Shown here in pieces: positions 27,082 to 32,550 of a stretch of DNA of 32,550 nt. Made by a program: the position numbers and the translations under genes. The DNA lies in the NCBI GenBank assembly GCA_038258985.1, contig JBBSPH010000001.1, forward strand, positions 1 to 32,550. Reading direction: 5' to 3'. How positions within the stretch are numbered: the stretch's first letter is position 1; each line of letters begins with the position of its first letter. The notes under the pieces were generated by a model, which worked only from the letters and a program-made list of their open reading frames with translations, was not told the DNA's origin and did no database searches. This DNA is from Flavobacteriales bacterium. Its GTDB lineage: Bacteria > Bacteroidota > Bacteroidia > Flavobacteriales > Flavobacteriaceae.

Positions 27082-28127
27082 TGAATTGGGATTTTGACCT
27101 GTGCGTGAACCTGCCCTGCTTGCTCAGATAACTGAAAGCTTGCCTCGTTACTATAAAGTAGCTCAAGTCTTTGTTTTATGTTGCTCACTCCTACTTGAGT
27201 GCCGGCAGTAGCGGTATTTAAAATCCCATCGTTTGTCACCCTTATCGTAAGGTGTCCCGTGTCCATTTGAATGTTCAAAATAACATTACCTCCCTTTTTA
27301 AGCGTGGCGATACCATGTTTGATGGCATTCTCCACCAGCATTTGTATGAGCATGGGCGGGACTTCTACCTGCAGTGCATCTTCATCAACATTTTCCTGAT
27401 ATTCCAAACGCTCTTCCAACTGAATTTTAGAGAGTGCGATATAATTGCGTACCACACTTAGTTCTTCTACCAGCGGAACCTGGTCTGCCTCCTTTCGCGA
27501 AAGCGAAAACCGCAGCATTTCTGACAATTGCGTCAACATATCCCGTGCCTTGTCCACATCTTCCAGCATCAGACCGCGGATATTGTTGAGGCTATTGAAC
27601 ATAAAATGTGGGTTGATCTGTCCCTTTAAGGTATTGAGTTGGCTTTCCTTTGCCCTGTTTTCCAATTGTAGCCGCTCGACCCGCAATTGTTGGTTGCGTA
27701 TAAAATAATTGATCAGCAAATACAGCATGAACCAAACCAACAGATAAATAAAACTGTTGATAAATGTGATTGCATAGTTGGTTATGGAGCGTTCAGCATC
27801 CTCATGCTCAAGCAATTGATACCAGAAACTACACAGGATTTCTACCGCAATAAAGATGATCACCGCGCTCACCACCAGCAAGACGGCTGTCCAGATCACC
27901 TTGCGCTGGTCCCATTCCCTGCCTTTTATTTTTACACTATAAATCGCCCTGAATCCGTGCGAAACTGTAATACCTGTCACCATCAAGGTCAAGTTTTCTA
28001 AAAGAATGTAGCTCGTAGATAGTGAAAAAATGCCGATGAATAATTTCGCGACAGCATTGAGCATAAACGGGATTCCCCAGCCTAGGATCTGGAGCAGCCA
28101 GTACAGGTGTTTTTTGGATAGTTTCAT
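27078..28127 (-). CDS. LytS/YehU-type sensor histidine kinase
   Basis: LKGQINPHFMFNSLNNI, LVENAIKHG; four N-terminal transmembrane helices. Confidence 0.95.
   Translation of the reverse strand: MKLSKKHLYWLLQILGWGIPFMLNAVAKLFIGIFSLSTSYILLENLTLMVTGITVSHGFRAIYSVKIKGREWDQRKVIWTAVLLVVSAVIIFIAVEILCSFWYQLLEHEDAERSITNYAITFINSFIYLLVWFMLYLLINYFIRNQQLRVERLQLENRAKESQLNTLKGQINPHFMFNSLNNIRGLMLEDVDKARDMLTQLSEMLRFSLSRKEADQVPLVEELSVVRNYIALSKIQLEERLEYQENVDEDALQVEVPPMLIQMLVENAIKHGIATLKKGGNVILNIQMDTGHLTIRVTNDGILNTATAGTQVGVSNIKQRLELLYSNEASFQLSEQAGQVHAQVKIPIQ
27491..27504. repeat. dispersed palindrome copy 8 (in histidine kinase, read SLSRKE)
   Basis: cCTTTCGCGAAAGC-GAA, one mismatch. Confidence 0.8.
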
Positions 28128-28176
28128 AGCAAGAAAAGCCTCAAGGATTACTCATCGAGGCCGTAATTTAGGGTTA

Positions 28177-29574
28177 TTAAAATCTTGCGTTTATCCAGCT
28201 AGAAATAAGTGTCAGGGTTTCTGGATCAAAGGTCTCCTCGATTTGGGCATACTCGCCACCGCTTCCCGTTGTAGCATTCTGGAACAAGTGGTTGAGTCCT
28301 GGGATCGTTTTGATAGTTACATCTTGGTTGTTCGCTTTCGCGAAAGCGGCCTCCATAGCAGGCAAGTTGATTTCTGGAACCACCTGATAATCCAGCGACC
28401 CATTGAGCGCCAGCACCGGACAAGTCACTTTTTCCAAATTGCTGGTAGGATCGTAGGCAATAAAATACCTGAACCACGGATCGCTGAATTGATTAGCCAG
28501 ACTCTTTATGTTCTCTTGTGTGAATTTTGACTGGACAGCGCTATCTGCATTGTCAACCTTTTCTTTAACGATAGTAAGAATAGCTGTTTTCATGTATTCG
28601 TCCGCAGCATTTGGCTGGGCGATGATTTCATCAAAAATGGCTTCCATGACGTTCATTTCAAAATCAATATCGGCAGTGCTGTCTATGTAAAATTCGTTGT
28701 TCTTTCTCATTTGAGGCATCAGTACTTCTTTACCGCGCACGCCAGGACCGGCAAGGGAAACAAAGAAAGCCACGTTATCGGGATGGTCTGCAATCACCAT
28801 GGGCGCAATAAGTCCACCCTCACTATGTCCTATAAGTCCGATTTTTTCTGGATCAATATCATTTCTAGTTTTTAGATAAGCAATGGCTGCCACGACATCG
28901 GTGGCAAAATCTACGCTGGTGGCACCTTTCTGTGTTCCTTCTGACTTTGCAACGCCGCGGTCGTCATAACGCAGTACGGCGATACCGTTTTTGGTCAAGT
29001 GATCTGCGATGAGTAGGAATGGTTTGTGGTCAAACAACTCTTCATTGCGGTCTTGAGGTCCAGAGCCAGAAATTAGTATCACCACTGGCGGGCTGACAAC
29101 ATCAACAGGCAGTGTGAGTGTTCCCGCGAGGGTAATGTCACTGGCTTTTGGGTTTTTGAAAGTAACGTCCTCGGTCTTATAGGGAAAGGGAGCTTCTGGC
29201 GTTTGAGGGCGATTGGGTTTGACTTCTACATATTTCTTTTGCTCCAGATTCATAGCGCCAGAGCCTTCTCCTTGAGAGAATGTTCCCATGATTTTTCCGT
29301 TTTCTAGTTTTCCCGTGTAGGAGATTTTGTAAGCGGCAAGTTTCATGGTGATTTCACCATCCACGATGGTTGTATTATCCATCGGGAGAAATTGAGGCGA
29401 TTGCTTGGGACTTTGCATTTTTGTGGTGTAGCCATCAGTGGTTTTGGATATTTCAAAAATGAGCGGCATTCCCTGAATACTTCCTAGCCAGGAGCCTTGG
29501 TAATCCTGCGCATTCATTATAATGGATAAGAATAGAATAATAATCCATAGAGCGATGTTAAGTGTAGTTTTCAT
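28177..29574 (-). CDS. secreted alpha/beta hydrolase
   Basis: signal peptide, ISGSGPQDRNE, RYDDRG, GHSEGG nucleophile elbow, GLNHLFQ. Confidence 0.9.
   Translation of the reverse strand: MKTTLNIALWIIILFLSIIMNAQDYQGSWLGSIQGMPLIFEISKTTDGYTTKMQSPKQSPQFLPMDNTTIVDGEITMKLAAYKISYTGKLENGKIMGTFSQGEGSGAMNLEQKKYVEVKPNRPQTPEAPFPYKTEDVTFKNPKASDITLAGTLTLPVDVVSPPVVILISGSGPQDRNEELFDHKPFLLIADHLTKNGIAVLRYDDRGVAKSEGTQKGATSVDFATDVVAAIAYLKTRNDIDPEKIGLIGHSEGGLIAPMVIADHPDNVAFFVSLAGPGVRGKEVLMPQMRKNNEFYIDSTADIDFEMNVMEAIFDEIIAQPNAADEYMKTAILTIVKEKVDNADSAVQSKFTQENIKSLANQFSDPWFRYFIAYDPTSNLEKVTCPVLALNGSLDYQVVPEINLPAMEAAFAKANNQDVTIKTIPGLNHLFQNATTGSGGEYAQIEETFDPETLTLISSWINARF
28333..28348. repeat. dispersed palindrome copy 9 (in hydrolase, read AAFAKAN)
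   Basis: CGCTTTCGCGAAAGCG perfect 16-mer. Confidence 0.9.
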
Positions 29575-29597
29575 AAGGTTGGATTTTAATGTTGACC

Positions 29598-29670
29598 CAA
29601 AACTACGGGACTGCCTCCTTTTCTCAAACCAAATTATGATGAGCGGTAAAGCATCGTGATAAGCGGTGAA
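29598..29670 (-). promoter_or_regulatory. putative LytTR-bound direct repeats plus -7 promoter element
   Basis: TGATGAGCGGTAAA (29637-29650) and TGATAAGCGGTGAA (29657-29670), 20-bp period; TAGTTTTG on the minus strand at 29598-29605. Confidence 0.65.
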
Positions 29671-29679
29671 TAGGTGTAT

Positions 29680-29973
29680 TCAAGCCGTCTGTATACGGTG
29701 TTTCAAATCGGCTAGTGGTTGTACGCCGGCACCTCGCCAGATTTGCTTGCCATTTTTAAAGATGAGAAAGGCGGGTACACCTCGCACGTTGAATTTGGTA
29801 GCCAGCGGTTGGTTTTTGTCCACATCGACCTTGATAATCTTGACTTTATCACCTAATTCCTGTTTCAATTGCTCCAGAACTGGCATCATCGTCTGGCACG
29901 GGCCACACCACGTGGCAAAAAAGTCAACCAATACCGGCACCTCATCATTTATAATCTCGCTGAATTTTGACAT
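29680..29973 (-). CDS. trxA: thioredoxin
   Basis: VLVDFFATWCGPC, VDVDKN, VRGVP. Confidence 0.93.
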   Translation of the reverse strand: MSKFSEIINDEVPVLVDFFATWCGPCQTMMPVLEQLKQELGDKVKIIKVDVDKNQPLATKFNVRGVPAFLIFKNGKQIWRGAGVQPLADLKHRIQTA

Positions 29974-30070
29974 ATTTTCTTTTTAAGCCAATTTACCTCA
30001 AAATGTAGAAGCGATAAAATTTGGTTTCTATTTCTAGTTGTAGATGTCGTTCTACTGGTGAATGATGTTC

Positions 30071-30086
30071 CGCTTTCGCGAAAGCG
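30071..30086. repeat. dispersed palindrome copy 10 (divergent thioredoxin/uvrC spacer)
   Basis: CGCTTTCGCGAAAGCG perfect 16-mer. Confidence 0.9.
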
Positions 30087-30214
30087 AAAAAAAAGTTCAT
30101 GTTGAGCTCGCCGAATTACCAAAGCAAACCGCCCACGCAACTCCTTTAAAATTCTCTGGCATTACCATTTGATTCACTATTGCCAGTTGCTTAAATTACT
30201 ACCTTTACCCTGCT

Positions 30215-32011
30215 ATGGAAGTACCACCACTAACGGTCCAGATACAGACGCTGCCGCTGTCGCCGGGCGTTTATCTCTATTTTGACAAAAACGATCGCCT
30301 ACTGTATGTAGGAAAAGCAAAGCTTCTCAAAAAAAGGGTCTCCTCTTATTTTACAAAAAACCACGATAGCTACCGCATCAAGACGATGGTAAAAAAGATC
30401 GTGCGCATCGAACATATCGTTGTCAAGACGGAGAGCGATGCGTTATTGCTGGAAAACAGCCTGATCAAATCCCGGGCGCCCAAGTTCAACATCATGTTGC
30501 GGGACGATAAGACCTACCCGTGGCTGTGCATCAAGAATGAGCGCTTCCCTAGAATTTTCCTAACCCGCAAAATGATTAAGGACGGCAGTGAATATTACGG
30601 CCCTTATACCAGCGTGCGCACGGTAAGAACCCTGATGGAATTAGTTAAATCATTATATCCCATACGTACCTGTAAATATGATCTACAGGAAGAAAAGATA
30701 CAGGCGGGCAAATACAAATTGTGCCTGGAATACCACATAGGAAATTGCAAGGGACCCTGCGTGGCATTGCAAAGCGAGGTCGCCTACAATAGAAATATTG
30801 AGGCAATTAGGAATATTGTCAAAGGAGATTTTAAAGAAGCGGTCAGTTATTTTGAGGTGTTGATGCGGGAGCTGGCGGCAAATATGGAGTTTGAGGACGC
30901 GCAGATTATAAAGGACAAACTGGATATTCTCACGAGATACCAGACCAAATCTACCATCGTCAACCCGAATATATCCAATGTTGACATCTTTACCGTGGTG
31001 AGCGACGAGGCTGCCGGGTACGTCAACTATATCCAGATCAACCACGGCTCCATCACTCGTTCCCACACGATGGAGCTCAAAAAACAGCTGGACGAGACGG
31101 ACGAGGACCTGTTGCAACTCGCCATCGTGGAACTGCGCACCAGATTTGATTCTCAAAGCACAGAAATCTATACTCAGTTTGAGGTTGATCTAGGCGAAAA
31201 CATAAAAGTTACAGTACCTAAACTGGGCGACAAGAAACGCCTTGTAGAACTATCAGAGCGCAATGCTAAGTTTTTCCGGCAAGAGCAATTCAAGACCATT
31301 AAGATTGTCGATCCAGACCGCCACGTCAATCGATTAATGATCCAGATGAAGGCAGACCTGCGTCTGGACGAGGAACCGCGGCACATGGAATGTTTTGACA
31401 ATTCCAACATCCAGGGAACCAATCCAGTAGCGGCTTGTGTGGTTTTCAAGAACGGCAAACCCAGCAAAAGCGATTACCGCCACTTCAACATCAAAACCGT
31501 GGATGGGCCGGATGATTTTGCCAGTATGGAAGAAGTCGTCTATAGACGCTATCGCAGATTATTGGAAGAGGATGAGCCATTGCCACAACTGGTTATCGTC
31601 GATGGTGGTAAAGGACAGCTTTCCAGCGGTGTGACCGCACTGGAGCGGCTAGGCTTGCGTGGGCAAATACCGATTATCGGGATTGCCAAGCGACTGGAAG
31701 AATTGTTTTATCCCAACGATCCCGTACCTTTATATCTGGACAAACGCTCTGAAAGCCTGAAGGTTATACAGCAAATGCGGAACGAGGCGCACCGCTTTGG
31801 GATCACGCACCACAGGAACAAGCGCAGCAAACAGGCAATTGAGACAGAACTGGATGAAATCCCAGGAATAGGTGAAAAGACAACCGTGGAATTATTGAGG
31901 CACTTTAGGTCAGTTAAACGCGTTAAGGAAGCAACCATGCAAGAATTGATCCCGGTAGTGGGAAACAGCAAGGCACAAAAAATCGTAGATTTCTACAGTG
32001 AGGAAGAATAA
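30215..32011 (+). CDS. uvrC: excinuclease ABC subunit C
   Basis: GIY-YIG (PGVY..YVGKAK), ECFDNSN, VDGGKGQL, RNEAHRF, C-terminal HhH IPGIG. Confidence 0.98.
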   Translation: MEVPPLTVQIQTLPLSPGVYLYFDKNDRLLYVGKAKLLKKRVSSYFTKNHDSYRIKTMVKKIVRIEHIVVKTESDALLLENSLIKSRAPKFNIMLRDDKTYPWLCIKNERFPRIFLTRKMIKDGSEYYGPYTSVRTVRTLMELVKSLYPIRTCKYDLQEEKIQAGKYKLCLEYHIGNCKGPCVALQSEVAYNRNIEAIRNIVKGDFKEAVSYFEVLMRELAANMEFEDAQIIKDKLDILTRYQTKSTIVNPNISNVDIFTVVSDEAAGYVNYIQINHGSITRSHTMELKKQLDETDEDLLQLAIVELRTRFDSQSTEIYTQFEVDLGENIKVTVPKLGDKKRLVELSERNAKFFRQEQFKTIKIVDPDRHVNRLMIQMKADLRLDEEPRHMECFDNSNIQGTNPVAACVVFKNGKPSKSDYRHFNIKTVDGPDDFASMEEVVYRRYRRLLEEDEPLPQLVIVDGGKGQLSSGVTALERLGLRGQIPIIGIAKRLEELFYPNDPVPLYLDKRSESLKVIQQMRNEAHRFGITHHRNKRSKQAIETELDEIPGIGEKTTVELLRHFRSVKRVKEATMQELIPVVGNSKAQKIVDFYSEEE

Positions 32012-32550
32012 GGAATTTTGGTGGTTGATGGTGGTGGTTTTCGCTTTCGCGAAAGCGAACTACACCACAGCGCAACAAATTCCCTCGACTCCTGAACAAA
32101 AAATAGGTCTCGTGCTGTCAGGCGGTGGTGCAAAGGGTCTTGCTCACATAGGAACCCTCAAGGTTATAGATTCCCTAGGCATTAAGGTAGATTATATCGC
32201 CGGTACCAGTATGGGTGCGATTGTGGGTTCGCTCTACGCGTCTGGATATACGGGCAAACAGATCGACTCGATTTTTATCAAAACCAATTTCAACAACATC
32301 ATTTCTGACGAGATCCCGCGTAGTGCAAAAACGTACTACGAGCGCCGTGAGAACGAGCGGTACGCAGTCACACTACCTTTCAAGGACTTTAAAATCAATT
32401 TGCCGAACTCGTTGAGCAAGGGACAAAATGTCTATAATCTATTGTCACAACTGCTTTCCCACGTCAATGATATCGAGCAGTTTGATAAACTTCCCATTCC
32501 GTTTTTTTGTATTGCGACAGATATTCAAACCGGTCAGGAAGTTGTCCTAG
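31998..32550 (+). CDS. patatin-like phospholipase, 5' part (truncated; absent from the ORF track)
   Basis: GTG 31998 (or ATG 32028) opens MRKNKEFWWLMVVVFAFAKANYTTAQ..KIGLVLSGGGAKGLAHIG..IAGTSMGAIVG..FFCIATD. Confidence 0.92.
   Translation, partial: MRKNKEFWWLMVVVFAFAKANYTTAQQIPSTPEQKIGLVLSGGGAKGLAHIGTLKVIDSLGIKVDYIAGTSMGAIVGSLYASGYTGKQIDSIFIKTNFNNIISDEIPRSAKTYYERRENERYAVTLPFKDFKINLPNSLSKGQNVYNLLSQLLSHVNDIEQFDKLPIPFFCIATDIQTGQEVVL
32040..32059. repeat. dispersed palindrome copy 11, 20-bp perfect (in patatin signal-peptide region, read FAFAKAN)
   Basis: TTCGCTTTCGCGAAAGCGAA. Confidence 0.9.

Noticed and set aside
28030-28530. 166-aa + strand ORF and other antisense ORFs in the track
   Set aside because: They overlap well-supported genes on the opposite strand and have no motifs.
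29949-30140. 63-aa ORF containing FRFRESG
   Set aside because: Chance frame across a divergent promoter region; the peptide simply reflects the palindrome.
30157-30175. Possible sigma-54 promoter TGGCATTACCATTTGA before uvrC (and TGGCATTTTAG before rpoN)
   Set aside because: Lacks the conserved GC at the -12 position with correct GG-N10-GC spacing.
1463-32059. Palindromes as a CRISPR array or as terminators
   Set aside because: Copies are kilobases apart, mostly inside CDSs, with no spacer periodicity, no cas genes and no consistent 3'-of-gene position.

Overview
Mostly core chromosome of a Bacteroidota (Flavobacteriaceae-like, possibly Nonlabens-like) bacterium; the taxon is inferred from gene order, TAnnTTTG-type promoters and a long-tailed RpsP. 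Gene order: asnS 3' end, rpoN, exbB/exbD cluster, epimerase + GT2 + LAB_N + ArnT-like lipid modification cluster, an AT-rich patch 3' of tRNA-Ser(GGA) (decayed type I hsdR-like remnant and a membrane MutS-like ATPase), ansA, acyltransferase, tatD, aspartyl protease, lipoprotein, rpsP-rimM, a toxin-antitoxin pair with a pseudogenised RelE/ParE toxin, tRNA methyltransferase, acyl-CoA dehydrogenase, DUF3050-like, nfuA/mrp, CBS, Gre-like, DUF2237-like, LytTR two-component system with a hydrolase, thioredoxin, uvrC and the start of a patatin gene. The most striking unexplained signal is the palindrome GCTTTCGCGAAAGC, found 11 times (8 perfect, 3 with one mismatch), about once per 3 kb. Seven copies lie inside genes, in all three reading frames (LSRK, FAKA, FRES), and four are intergenic. 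All annotations come from reading motifs by eye; no database searches were run.
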